Origin: Polyangiales bacterium
GTDB taxonomy: Bacteria > Myxococcota_A > Polyangia > Polyangiales > Polyangiaceae
Length of the DNA stretch: 49,570 nt
Assembly (NCBI GenBank): GCA_038230375.1
Contig: JBBRNJ010000066.1
Coordinates: 1-49,570 of the forward strand
Direction of reading: 5' to 3'
Notes under the pieces: generated by a model
What the model was told of the DNA's origin: nothing
Databases searched by the model: none
What the model saw: the letters and a program-made list of their open reading frames with translations, nothing else
In this document: one piece after another, positions 1 to 10,133 of the stretch
How positions within the stretch are numbered: position 1 is the first letter of the stretch
Layout: each line of letters begins with the position of its first letter
Program-made: the position numbers and the translations under genes

Positions 1-243
1 ATCAGGTCGAGCGCGGCAGAGGGCGTGCGGCTGCGTGTGCACATCGGCGCGCGTCCCCGGTCCAGCGTCCGAATTCCCATCTCGAAGCTCCGTGAGGGAA
101 TGGTCATCGCGCGCGATCTGCTGTCGCCGACCGGCGAATTGCTCGTGCGATCGGGCACCCGATGTTCCGGTAGCCAGGCGGAGCGGCTCATTGCGGCGTT
201 CGCGCCGACGGAGATCGTCGAAGTTGCCGAGGTGGCTGCGTAG
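1..243 (+). CDS. 3' fragment of a REC-CheX-tail paralog (runs off the left edge)
   Basis: Frame is open from base 1. ...RLRVHIGARPRSSVRIPISKLREGMVIARDLLSPTGELLVRSGTR...EVAEVAA aligns closely with the C-termini of 296-1345 and 13097-14167. Confidence 0.8.
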   Translation: MRSSAAEGVRLRVHIGARPRSSVRIPISKLREGMVIARDLLSPTGELLVRSGTRCSGSQAERLIAAFAPTEIVEVAEVAA

Positions 244-295
244 CGGCGAGCTTCCGCGCTGCGCTCGATCGTTCATCACTCATGCGCTGAGAGAG

Positions 296-1345
296 TCAGG
301 CTGCCACATCCGCGACCTCGACGACGTCCGCGGGCCCCAGCAAGGCGAACAAGCGCTGTGCGTGGGATGACGAGATCCGAGTTCCGGCGCGCGCGATCAA
401 GACTCCCTTGGAGGACTTCAGATCGGAAACGAGCACCATGCCCTCTCGAAGCCTGCTCGCGGGGATGAACACGCTCGACCGCAGGCGCGCGGCCAGATGC
501 AGGCGCATTCGCACCGCACTGTCGGACGCGGTCACGTTGACGGTGGACCTGGCGTCCATCACCTCCACGTGCCGCCTCGCGTGATCCACGGAGAGCGTGA
601 CCGGCAACCCCATCGTCACGTCCATCCCGTCGTCCAGGGCACTCCGGACGTACGCGCCAGCCGTTGTGTTCGCGAGCTCGAGAAGCATGTCCAGCTGCAT
701 TGCCGTGTTCGGCATCTCGCCGAGCATCGCCACGCCGAGCCGGCACAGGCTCGACTCCTCGATCTCGATCACTACACGCTGCTCCGCGCCTTCCCCGGTC
801 GCATCCAGGCGAATCTCCGCAGCGTGTGTGGGGACGAAGTCGCCGAGAAGACGCGAGGGTTGGAGCGTGATGCCCGACAAGGCCGACAGCGTTTCTGCGC
901 ACAGCGGACCAAACCTTTTCCACGCCGCAGCCTTCTCGAGCCGCGTCGCCACCTTGGGTGCCTGGTCTAGCTGCTTGCCAAACGTGCGCTCCAGCTGTGC
1001 AAGATGCGCTGCCTTCCGCACGCGAGCCACGATCTCTTCACGAGTGATGGGCTTGCGCATGAAGTCGTCCGCGCCCCCACGGAACGCCGCGGCGATCTCC
1101 TTGGCGCCTGCTTGCGCGCAGAGGAACAGCACTGCAGCATACTCAGGCCGCGCGCGCCGGAGCTGCGCAACAAAGTCTTCCGCGCACGTGGCGTGTGATG
1201 GCCATTCGCTCACCACCACGTCGAATGACTGCTGGCTCAAAGCCGTCAGCACTCCGTTCCAGTCGGTCGTGACGACGTCCATGTCGGCGAGCAGTTCAGC
1301 GGTCGCTGCGGCGGCTGCTGGTCGGTCGACCACCAGCACTTTCAC
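296..1345 (-). CDS. Atypical receiver + CheX-like domain + 'LREGMVL..DL' tail protein
   Basis: GTG at 1345 overlaps the upstream stop (GTGA). REC: VKVLVVD...FDVVVSEW...GADDFMRKP. CheX-type ExxN in LLELANTTAG. The ORF-track start at 1570 overlaps the CheY gene. Confidence 0.8.
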   Translation of the reverse strand: MKVLVVDRPAAAAATAELLADMDVVTTDWNGVLTALSQQSFDVVVSEWPSHATCAEDFVAQLRRARPEYAAVLFLCAQAGAKEIAAAFRGGADDFMRKPITREEIVARVRKAAHLAQLERTFGKQLDQAPKVATRLEKAAAWKRFGPLCAETLSALSGITLQPSRLLGDFVPTHAAEIRLDATGEGAEQRVVIEIEESSLCRLGVAMLGEMPNTAMQLDMLLELANTTAGAYVRSALDDGMDVTMGLPVTLSVDHARRHVEVMDARSTVNVTASDSAVRMRLHLAARLRSSVFIPASRLREGMVLVSDLKSSKGVLIARAGTRISSSHAQRLFALLGPADVVEVADVAA

Positions 1346-1713
1346 GTGGACCTGCCCTTCGCGACCTTCTTCGCGGCGGCGACCACGTGGAGCATGTTGC
1401 ACGGCTTCACGAGCCAGCCAACCGCGCCCGCGGCCATCGCGCGCTCCACGAGCTGCGGCTTCGACTCGCTGGTCAGCATGATGACCGGTGGACGCACAGG
1501 ATCGCGAGCAAGCTCCTCCACCAGCTCCACGCCGCTCATCCAGGGCATGTTCACGTCGCAGATGACGCACGTGATGCCGTCGCCGCCGGCGCGAACCAGC
1601 TCCAGCGCCGCTCGGCCATCCGCGGCCTCCACGACGTCGAATCCGGCATTCTTCAGTGCCGTACCAACCTGACGCCGCACCATCGCTGAGTCATCCACCA
1701 CGAGAATCGACAT
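1342..1713 (-). CDS. Single-domain CheY-like response regulator
   Basis: MSILVVDDS...VICDVNMPWMSG...MLTSE...WLVKP. AGGAG RBS precedes ATG 1713. Confidence 0.93.
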   Translation of the reverse strand: MSILVVDDSAMVRRQVGTALKNAGFDVVEAADGRAALELVRAGGDGITCVICDVNMPWMSGVELVEELARDPVRPPVIMLTSESKPQLVERAMAAGAVGWLVKPCNMLHVVAAAKKVAKGRST

Positions 1714-1816
1714 GGTTCTCTCCTGCGCTGGACTCATGGACGACACACTTGCGTGCATTTTTAAGCCTAAGGATTTGTGAGCCCTCGACCGTTCTCTTGG
1801 GGGACCGGGAGGCAAT

Positions 1817-2956
1817 ATGTTCGTTCACCAAGGTTATTCGCTCGAGAAAGATGCAGCCGTGGCCGTCGCCGACGCCACGCGCGGGTGGGATACGGAGAAG
1901 GCTCCCGAGATCCTGTTCGCCTTCGTGTCGACGGCCCAGGACGTGAATGTCGTAGCGTCCACGCTGGCGGCGCGCTTTCCCGCGACCATCGTGGTGGGAT
2001 GTACGTCCACCGGGGAGCACGCAGCTGGCAAGCACCTCGCAGGGTCGTTGGTGCTTGCGGCGCTCTCCGACACGGGCATCAAGTGGACGGTGGCGCTGGC
2101 GAAGGATTTGAACAAGTTCGACGCCGCGAGGGCCGATGCCATCGCCGCCGAGCTCTTCGCGGGGCTTCACGTGAACACCGAGGAGTTCGACCCGAGCGAG
2201 TACTTCTGCCTCAACCTGATCGACGGCCTTCGGATGAAGGAAGAGGGAATCGTGTCGCTCGTCGCCGAGGCACTGCAGGGCGTTCGGCTGGTGGGTGGGT
2301 CCGCCGGCGATGACCTTGCCTTCAAGGAGACGCGCGTCATTGCGTTTGGAGAGGCGGTCACGGACGCAGCCGTCTTCATCCTGGGTCATGGCAAGGGCGC
2401 GTTCCAGATCCTGAAGCACCAGCACTTCACGACGACGGCGAGCCAGCTGGTCGTGACGAAGGTCGATACGGCGCAGCGGCGCGTGTACGAGATCGACGGC
2501 CTGGGAGCGCTCGAGGCATACGCGAAGTCTCTCGGCCTGGCTGTGGACCAGGTCACCTCTGACGTGACGTTCCTCCACCCGGTCACCTTCTCCTGCAACG
2601 GGCAGATCTACGTCCGTTCGATCCAGCGCGTCGAGTCCGACGGATCGATCGTCTTCTACTGCGCTGTAGAAGAGGGGATGGTGCTCGAGGTGGGCGGACA
2701 CCACAACATGGTGGAAGAGCTGGCGAAGGAGTTCGCGAGCGCCGTCAGCGACCGTGGCCCTTTCGAGTTCTTCCTGGGTTGGAACTGCATTCTGCGCGCA
2801 CTCGAGGCGGACAAGACAGCACAGACCGCGGCCGTCGCGGAGCTCTGGTCCCGGGTCGCGAGCGCTTCAATTGGATTCGACACGTACGGCGAGCAGCTGG
2901 ACGGCGTCCACATCAACCAAACGTTGGTCGCCATCGGCTTCCACAAGGCGGCGTAG
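1817..2956 (+). CDS. FIST N/C domain signal protein (NosP-like)
   Basis: VGCTSTGE, LIDGL, GGSAGDDLAFKET, RRVYEIDG, YVRSI, FYCAVEEG, NCILR, GFDTYGEQ and HINQT motifs. GGAGG RBS. Confidence 0.92.
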   Translation: MFVHQGYSLEKDAAVAVADATRGWDTEKAPEILFAFVSTAQDVNVVASTLAARFPATIVVGCTSTGEHAAGKHLAGSLVLAALSDTGIKWTVALAKDLNKFDAARADAIAAELFAGLHVNTEEFDPSEYFCLNLIDGLRMKEEGIVSLVAEALQGVRLVGGSAGDDLAFKETRVIAFGEAVTDAAVFILGHGKGAFQILKHQHFTTTASQLVVTKVDTAQRRVYEIDGLGALEAYAKSLGLAVDQVTSDVTFLHPVTFSCNGQIYVRSIQRVESDGSIVFYCAVEEGMVLEVGGHHNMVEELAKEFASAVSDRGPFEFFLGWNCILRALEADKTAQTAAVAELWSRVASASIGFDTYGEQLDGVHINQTLVAIGFHKAA

Positions 2957-2963
2957 AGGGAAC

Positions 2964-4622
2964 ATGAGCGAAAACTGGCAAAAGCGGGCGATGGCGGCGG
3001 AGACGACCGCAGACGTTCTCAAGCGTAAGGTGAAGGCGCTCTACAATGGCGAGGCCACATCGGTCTTCCAGCGGCAGCTGGCGCGCGCTCAGCACCGGCA
3101 AGAGGAAGCACGACGTCGACGGGAGTTGATGGAAGTACGCGCCGCAGATCTCGCGAAGTACAACGGCGTGCTCGAGGTGCAGGTCGCGGAGCGGACCCGG
3201 GCACTGCGGACCATCCTGGACAACGTGACGAGCGGGTTCTTGCTGGTGGACAGCGAGCTTGCGGTCGCGGCAGGCTACACGGTGAGCTGCACGGCGCTGC
3301 TCGGCACGACCGAGATCGAGGGCCGCGACGTTGCGACGCTCTTCTCTGGAGACGAGTCCCGACTCGCGAGTCACCTGCGGCTGGCATTGCATCAAGTCTT
3401 CGCTGACATGCTGCCGGAGGAGGTTTCGCTCGACGCGATTCCGAAGCGCTTTGTGGTGGGCGAGCGCCCGCTACGCGTTGATGCCCGCGCGATCCGCGCG
3501 GAGGACTCGACCGTGACTCAGATCCTCTTGACGGTGAACGACATCACGGCACTCGAGAACGCGCAGCGCGAGGCCCGCGAGAACCGGGTGCTCATCGGCA
3601 TCCTGCGACAGCGCGAGACGTTCAGAGAGTTCGTTGCAGACACGCGCGAGCTGCTGGTCGCCGCCCGGGACGCGGTGCAGGAAGGCGACCAAGCCTTCTA
3701 CCGTCGCGCGCTGCATACCGTGAAGGGCAACGGGGCTGCCTTCGATCTCGTTGACCTGGTCCACTCCATTCACGCGATAGAGTCGAAGCCCGAGATCACG
3801 GCGGCCGACATCGACGGCGCGGAAGCTGAGCTTCGCGAGTTCCTCGCGCGGAACTCGCGAATACTGGAGCTTCCGTTCGACGCCCCGCTCGACGCCTCGT
3901 TCTCGGTATCCGAGGGCCGGGTCGAGGTCCTCACCGCCATGACCCGCGCCCAGGACGTAGACATCCGGCGCTGGACCGCGGAGCTCGTGCTGAAGCGCAC
4001 GGACGTGGTGCTCGGCCCGCTGCACACCTACGTGGAGAAGCTTGCGGAGCGACTGGAGAAGCGCGTGACCTTCATCCTCAAGGGCGGCGACGTTCCTGTC
4101 GATGTCAGGCGCCTGCGTCCGATCGTTCGCAATCTCTCGCATCTACTGCGCAACGCCGTGGACCACGGCATCGAGCTTCCGGACGATCGCGGCGAGAAGG
4201 TCGCCGACGGCACGCTGGAGATTCGGATGGAGGATGCAGGCCGTAGCTGGAAGCTCCATGTGTTGGATGACGGCAGAGGCATCGACACGGACGTGCTCGT
4301 GGCGCGTGCGGTCGAGCAAGGTCGCATGAGCCCCGAGGGCGCAAATGGCCTGACTCCGGAGGAGCGCGTGGGCCTGATATTCGTCGATGGCCTCTCCACA
4401 GCGCGCGAGGCCACCGAGGTCTCGGGTCGTGGCGTAGGCATGGCCGCCGTGAAGGCCGCAGTACAGGACGCCGGCGGAACGATCTCCGTCGACTCCGTGC
4501 TCGGAAGGGGCACACACATCATCATCACCGTACCGAAGCCGGACGCGCTCAGCAGTCTTGCTCCCCCGTCTACTCGCTCGAATCCGCCGCGGGCGTACCT
4601 GAAGGTGAGCGGCGGCAACTGA
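2964..4622 (+). CDS. Cytoplasmic CheA-like (class III-type) histidine kinase: coiled coil-PAS-like-Hpt-HATPase, no CheW domain
   Basis: ILDNVTSGFLLVD (PAS-like), LHTVKGN (Hpt), HLLRNAVDHGIE, DDGRGID, DGLST, SGRGVGM. The protein ends shortly after the HATPase. ATG lies 7 nt after the FIST stop. Confidence 0.88.
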   Translation: MSENWQKRAMAAETTADVLKRKVKALYNGEATSVFQRQLARAQHRQEEARRRRELMEVRAADLAKYNGVLEVQVAERTRALRTILDNVTSGFLLVDSELAVAAGYTVSCTALLGTTEIEGRDVATLFSGDESRLASHLRLALHQVFADMLPEEVSLDAIPKRFVVGERPLRVDARAIRAEDSTVTQILLTVNDITALENAQREARENRVLIGILRQRETFREFVADTRELLVAARDAVQEGDQAFYRRALHTVKGNGAAFDLVDLVHSIHAIESKPEITAADIDGAEAELREFLARNSRILELPFDAPLDASFSVSEGRVEVLTAMTRAQDVDIRRWTAELVLKRTDVVLGPLHTYVEKLAERLEKRVTFILKGGDVPVDVRRLRPIVRNLSHLLRNAVDHGIELPDDRGEKVADGTLEIRMEDAGRSWKLHVLDDGRGIDTDVLVARAVEQGRMSPEGANGLTPEERVGLIFVDGLSTAREATEVSGRGVGMAAVKAAVQDAGGTISVDSVLGRGTHIIITVPKPDALSSLAPPSTRSNPPRAYLKVSGGN

Positions 4623-4627
4623 CCGGG

Positions 4628-6227
4628 CTACCGGGTCATTCCCCGCACGACCGCGCGCACCTCCTGGATCAGTGCGAGCGCCGCTCGCGCGTCGACCATC
4701 GCGGTGACGTCGTGCTCGGGGCTCAACGCGCGCCGCAACGTCCGGCAGATGCCAGGTTCGTCGTCGATCACGAGCACTCGGCCGCGCCGGATGGCCACAT
4801 GTGCCGGTGCTGGCGCGGCGGGTGTTCCGCTCGCCGACCGTGAGCTGGGCGGCAGCACGACTCGAAACGTGGAGCCCGCACCCACCTCACTCTCCACCGT
4901 GAGGGTTCCGCCGAGCGCGGTCACGATGCCATGGCAGATTGACAGCCCCAGCCCCGTGCCCTCCCCGACCGGCTTGGTCGTGAAGAATGGCTCGAACACA
5001 CGGCCTCGAACCTCGGGCGGGATTCCCGCGCCGGAGTCCTTCACCTCGACCACGACTTCGCCGTTCGCTCCGGTTCGGGTGGTGAGGCGTATCTCGTTCG
5101 TGCTGGCGTTACCGACAGGGATGGCCTGGGCGGCGTTGACGACCAGGTTGAGGAAGACCTGTCCGACACGGGACTCCGATGCATCAATGAGGGCGACGTC
5201 CGCGTAGTCGCGTACGAGCTGCGCGCGGTGCCGGATCTCGTTCGCGGCGAGCTTGACCGTTGCGTCCAACACCAGCCGTACGTCGACGACGTTGCGTTCG
5301 TCCTCGTCGATCCGCGAAATGAGCTTCAAGTCGCCCACGATCACGCGAACCCGATCTGTCCCTGAACGCGCGTCGAGCACCAGCTCCCGAAGCTCCTGAA
5401 CCTGATCGGGCGGCATTCGCTCCAGGGCCTCGTCGAGCAACTCCAGGTTTCCAGAGACGTAGGCGAGCGGGTTGTTGATCTCGTGAGCGACCCCGCCGAC
5501 CACATGGCCTAGGGCGGAGAGAAGCTCTGATTGGCGGAGCTTCTCCTTCAAGTCGAGCATGTCGGCTTCCGTCTTCTTTCGGTCGGTGAGGTCCGTGTGT
5601 GTGCCGACCATCCGGATCGGCTTGTCGTCCTTGTCCCGAGCCACGACCATGCCGCGCGCGCGGATCCACTTCCAGCTTCCGTCCTTGCAGAGCATCCGGA
5701 ACTCGACGCTGTAGAGGCGAATCCTGCGTTCGAAGTAGTCCTGCACCATCTTGATCACGCGCGGCTGATCTTCAGGATGTACGTGCTCGAGCCACGCAGC
5801 TCCAGAGTTAGCGAAGTCGTGCTCGGCGCACTCGCTCTGCGAAGATGCGGACGACCCCGTCGGCCCTCGTGATCTCGTGCTCGATGACGTAGTCACCGCC
5901 GCCGCGAAGGGTCACTTCGATCGCGGCCGTCGTGCGCGCGCGCTCCGCCGCCGACAGATAGCCGAGGTACCTCTCGTACGACACGCTCGTACCCGACTCT
6001 TCGCCGAAGAGCCGATACTGACCCGCACTCAAATGCACGACATTGGTTGCCAGATCCCATGTCCACGTCCCCGTGCGACCCAGGAGCTGTGCATCCGCCA
6101 GGCTCGTGTGTGCCCGCGCAAGCTCGCGCGCGTACACCTCCTCCCGAAGCGTCAGCGCGGCTATCGTTTCGAGCGCCCGTTCCAGAGACAGCGGTTTCGT
6201 CTGCGGCCCGCGATCGAAGCTGCCCAT
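4628..6227 (-). pseudogene. Disrupted PAS-PAS-HisKA-HATPase-REC hybrid kinase
   Basis: PAS1 (GTWTWDLATN...RADGVVRIFAER) joins out of frame near 5830 to mid-PAS2 (AEHDFANSGAAWLEHVHPED). HisKA AHEINNPL and HATPase are intact. REC stops after about 50 aa without its phospho-Asp or Lys. Confidence 0.75.
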
Positions 6228-6259
6228 CTCGACAGCGTACGGCACGCGGGCCCAAACCC

Positions 6260-8424
6260 TCAGGCGCGCGGCGCACGAGAATTCGCGAGGCGGACCGGTC
6301 GCAGGCTTCCCTGGGACATCGCGCGCATCGGGACGGCGAACCGCATCTTCGTGCCGCGCCCGACCACACTCTCGACCGAGACGGTCCCGCCGAGGTCTTC
6401 GCATGCGGCGCGCGCGGCGCCCATGCCCACGCCGCGCCCGGAGGTCTCGGTGACCTCGGTCCGCGTGCTCACGCCATCACAGAAGAGTGCGTCGATGCCC
6501 TTGGCCGCGAACCCTCGCTCCTGGGCCCTTCGCTCGAGGACGCTGAAGTCGATGCCCGCGCCGTCGTCGCAGACTTCGATGACGTGATGAGTGTCCGTTT
6601 CCAGCGCGCGGATCGTGAGGCTGCCCACGGGCTCCTTGCCCTTGGCCACGCGGGCCTCAGGCGTCTCCACGCCATGATCGACGGCGTTTCGGAGGACGTG
6701 CACGAAGGCACCCCAGAACGGCGCCCACCTCGCCCCGTCGAGCCGAACCTCATTCGCCTCCACGCACACGGTGACGTTCTTGCCCAGCCGTGTGGCCAAC
6801 GCGGTGCACTGCTCGCCGAAGCGGCGGAGCCTTCGCTGAACGGGCTCGAGCCGCAGGCGCGCGACGTAGCGTGCGATCTCATCCCTTGGCGCGCCAGACG
6901 CGATCGCGCTGGCGAGCGCCTCGGCCTCTTCCAGCGTGAGCTCGACGCCCGCGATCTTGGCGCCCATCAGTACATGCGCGCGATTGATGATGTCGCGACA
7001 CTCGGTGTCTACCCGGCGAAAGGCCTGGGTGACATCCGTCGGGTCCGCAGCCTGCAGCGCGGACTCCAGCTCGTGGCACGCGTCGGCAAGGATGGAGAAG
7101 CCGAGGAGACCAGCATTGCCCTTCAGCGTGTGAATGTTCCGCATGAGCGTGGTGTCCGCGGCCTCGCCGCTCGCGCCGGCGCCAGCGATTCGCTCGCGCA
7201 GCGCCTCGGCCTCGGAGACGAACTCGGACACCGCCGTCTCGTCCGCCACGATTCGCGTGCACAGCGCGGACAGATCGCGTTGTGCCGCCTCCGCGCGCCG
7301 CCGGGCGATCTCGGCCGTCGCATCGGAGATCATGACGAGCACCTTCATCGGAGTGGGGCTCGGAATGACTCGATAGGAGAGCGACAGCTGGCGATCGCCC
7401 GCCTTCACGTGCCGTGGCATCTGCTCGAGGAGCAAGTCCTGCGGCAGCATGTCGTCATACAGCGCCGACAGGGCCACGCAGAACGCGCTGCCAACGCCAG
7501 CCTCCGCCTGATCGAGGAGTGAAGCGAGCGTCGCGTCGGGAGCGATCTCTCCGAACCAGACTGACAGGATTCGCGAACGTTCCCGCGAGATCTCGCCTGC
7601 GGCATCCACGGTCAAGAAGCCCTGTTCCGCATTGTCGAGCAGGAGGCTCATGTCCCGGTTTTTCTGCGCGAGCTCGTGGGTGCGCGCGGTCACCAGCGCA
7701 TCCAATCGCTGCTGCTCGCTTCGCGCGGTCTCCTCGATGGTGCGGACGTGCTCACGGAGCGCCGCGGTCATCGCATTGAAGTCCCGGGCCAGCAATCCGA
7801 CCTCGTCGGACGAATTGTCCGTCAGTGGCTCCGCGCTCAGATCGCCACCAGCGACCGCCTGCGTTGCCCGTTGAACTCGTCGGAGTCGAGACGACAGGGC
7901 CACGCCCAGCAGCCACGCGCCCACCAGGCCAAGTGACAGCGCGAGACAGCCAGCCAGCCCGGAGGTCAGGAGCGCGCGCTTTCGCGCAGCAGCGATTCCG
8001 TCGAGAGACATCTCGAGCACCAGGACGCCTGTGGGGCCCTCCCGCGACACCACGGGCGCGCGCACGTGATCGTCGACTTCGTGGTGATGGTCTCGACCTC
8101 CGATACGCCGTGGTCCGGCGCCGGCAACGGATCGCCGACGCTGCCGATCACGTGACCATCCGTTGCGAAGAGCGCGATCGACTTTACGTCGGAATCTTGC
8201 GCGGTGGCCTCCATGATCTCGCGTGCCGTTTGCTGATCGTCGAACGCGACCGATGGCTCGGTCTGCCGCGACAGCAACAGCGCGTAGGTCGCGCCTTTGG
8301 CGCCTAGCTCGTGGCGCATGCGGCCAAGCTCGCGCGACGAGAAGAATGCCGTGAGGCCGAGCGCGACGCCGAAGAGCATCGCGAACGAGAGCGCGGCCAG
8401 CTTGTGGCGGATCGAGACCTTCAT
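6260..8424 (-). CDS. Membrane CheA-like (class III-type) kinase: TM-periplasmic sensor-TM-HAMP-PAS-like-Hpt-HATPase; frameshift near 8065
   Basis: The N-terminal part (MKVSIRHKL...TTKSTIT) and C-terminal part (VRAPVV...DEVGLLARDFNAM...IHTLKGN...RNAVDHGVE...SGRGVGM) are in different frames. One extra G on the coding strand joins them into about 721 aa. Confidence 0.82.
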
Positions 8425-8454
8425 GCTGGAGCCAACGGATCATTGGTGTCGCAC

Positions 8455-8469
8455 CTTGAGGTCCTCAAG
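8455..8469. promoter_or_regulatory. Perfect 7-1-7 palindrome CTTGAGG-T-CCTCAAG, candidate operator
   Basis: Lies centrally in the 74-nt gap between the divergent kinase (8424) and peroxidase (8499) starts. Confidence 0.4.
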
Positions 8470-8498
8470 TTCGAGATCAGGCTGCCGTTCCGTGGGCC

Positions 8499-9635
8499 AT
8501 GAACACACACGGACGCACAGCAGCCAAGAGCTCCCTTCTCTTCGTGGGTCTCGCCCTGGCGGCCCTCAGCGGATGCGGCGAGCAAGGGCCGGAGTCCTCG
8601 CAGATCACCCGGGCGGCCGCCGCGCATAGCGCAGGCGCAGTTCATGTCGCCACCGCGCATGGGGCCGCTGCAGCTGCTGCCGCTGCGACACCGGCGTCGG
8701 ACGAGATCAATCCGCGCTTGCTCCGACGATTCCTTCCGCTGCCGGACCCGCGCATCTCGGCGGATAGCGCGGATGCAGCCAAGGTCTCGCTAGGCCGGAT
8801 GCTCTTCTTCGACGCGCGCCTCTCGAAGAGCGGTGATGTCGCTTGCAACTCGTGTCATGCGCTCGACGAGTACGGCGTCGATCACCGCAAGACGTCCGTT
8901 GGCACTGGTGGACAGCTGGGCGGTCGAAACGCTCCGACCGTGTACAACGCCGCTGGTCACTTCACGCAGTTCTGGGACGGACGGGCTTCGGACGTCGAGG
9001 CGCAGGCGCTGGGCCCGATCCTGAACCCGAAGGAGATGGGCGCAACCGACGCGGCTGCCGTGGTTTCCGCGCTGTCATCCGTTCCGGGCTATCCGCCGCT
9101 GTTCGCGAAGGCGTTCCCTCAATCGAAGGACCCCGTCTCTTTCCCGAACGTGGGAGCCGCGATCGGTGCGTTCGAGCGCGGCCTGGTCACCCCCGGTCGC
9201 TGGGACAACTACCTCCGCGGCGACGCCAACGCGTTGACGCCTACGGAGAAGAAGGGACTGAAAGTGTTCCTCAACTCCGGCTGCATGGTCTGTCACACGG
9301 GCGCGTATCTCGGGGGATCGATGTTCGAGCGCGTGGGGGTCGTGGAGCCCTGGCCGAACCAGGGCGATCGGGGACGCGCCGGCGTCACGAAGAACGACGG
9401 CGACAAGATGATGTTCAAGGTTCCGTCGCTCCGGAACGTGGCGCGCACCGGCCCCTACTTTCACGATGGTTCTGCGGAGACGCTGGAGGACGCTGTGAAG
9501 GCCATGGGGCGTTTCCAGCTTGGCCTCGACTTTTCCGCCGACGAAGCGGACTCGATTGTTGCTTGGCTACGATCGCTCACGGGGGAATTGCCGCGTACGT
9601 ACATCGAGCGGCCAACTCTGCCACCTGGAAAGTAG
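8499..9635 (+). CDS. ccpA: Di-haem cytochrome c peroxidase (CCP/MauG family), lipoprotein
   Basis: LGRMLFFDARLS, CNSCH, RNAPTVYN, QFWDGRA, CMVCH, FKVPSLRNV, PYFHDGS. Lipobox LSGC. Confidence 0.92.
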   Translation: MNTHGRTAAKSSLLFVGLALAALSGCGEQGPESSQITRAAAAHSAGAVHVATAHGAAAAAAAATPASDEINPRLLRRFLPLPDPRISADSADAAKVSLGRMLFFDARLSKSGDVACNSCHALDEYGVDHRKTSVGTGGQLGGRNAPTVYNAAGHFTQFWDGRASDVEAQALGPILNPKEMGATDAAAVVSALSSVPGYPPLFAKAFPQSKDPVSFPNVGAAIGAFERGLVTPGRWDNYLRGDANALTPTEKKGLKVFLNSGCMVCHTGAYLGGSMFERVGVVEPWPNQGDRGRAGVTKNDGDKMMFKVPSLRNVARTGPYFHDGSAETLEDAVKAMGRFQLGLDFSADEADSIVAWLRSLTGELPRTYIERPTLPPGK

Positions 9636-9641
9636 GCCCCC

Positions 9642-10034
9642 GTGCTCACTCACCGTCTCCTCCGCATTCTGCTCCCGTGCGCGCTTGCCGCGGCGCTAGC
9701 CAGTCTGGGAAACGTCGCCCATGCGTTCCCCGATCGCGCCCTCCACGCTGACGCAACTCTTCACGGGGGCCGACCGCTTGCTACCTGGATGGCGGGCAAC
9801 GCGGGGCCCGCGCTTGCCCGCGCTGACTACGCGAAGCTCGTTCGCGTCTTCGACAGGATCGCGCAGATGGGCCCCGCCAGCCAGGGCTTCGAGCGGTGGG
9901 CGCCGATAGCGCGCGAGGGTGCGCGTGCGGCCTCCAGCAAGGATCTCGAGGCTGCGCGGCGGGCATGCAAGGACTGCCACGACACCATGCGGGCGAGGTA
10001 TCGGAAGAGCCTGGGCGACCGCGCACTTCCTTAA
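9642..10034 (+). CDS. Exported mono-haem cytochrome c, class II (c'-like) helical type
   Basis: Signal peptide ending AHA, helical body and a C-terminal CKDCH. Starts 6 nt after ccp. Confidence 0.65.
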   Translation: MLTHRLLRILLPCALAAALASLGNVAHAFPDRALHADATLHGGRPLATWMAGNAGPALARADYAKLVRVFDRIAQMGPASQGFERWAPIAREGARAASSKDLEAARRACKDCHDTMRARYRKSLGDRALP

Positions 10035-10133
10035 CGCGCTTGTCACAGCGGCCGTAGCCCAGTGTGGCTATCCAACTCTGGTCGGGCGGCCCGCACCTCG
10101 AGAATCGGCACACCTACAAGCTGGACGAACAAC

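Noticed and set aside
6047..7522. 491-aa + strand ORF
   Set aside because: Antisense shadow of the HAMP kinase, typical of high-GC DNA, with no motifs.
8425..8443. ORF-track start of the 727-aa ORF 6260-8443
   Set aside because: Its first ~125 aa are Arg-rich and off-frame. The TM-containing N-terminus is in the 8424 frame.
8456..8468. Canonical FNR box
   Set aside because: The spacer is one base short and the half-sites are TTGAG rather than TTGAT. Kept only as an unassigned palindrome.
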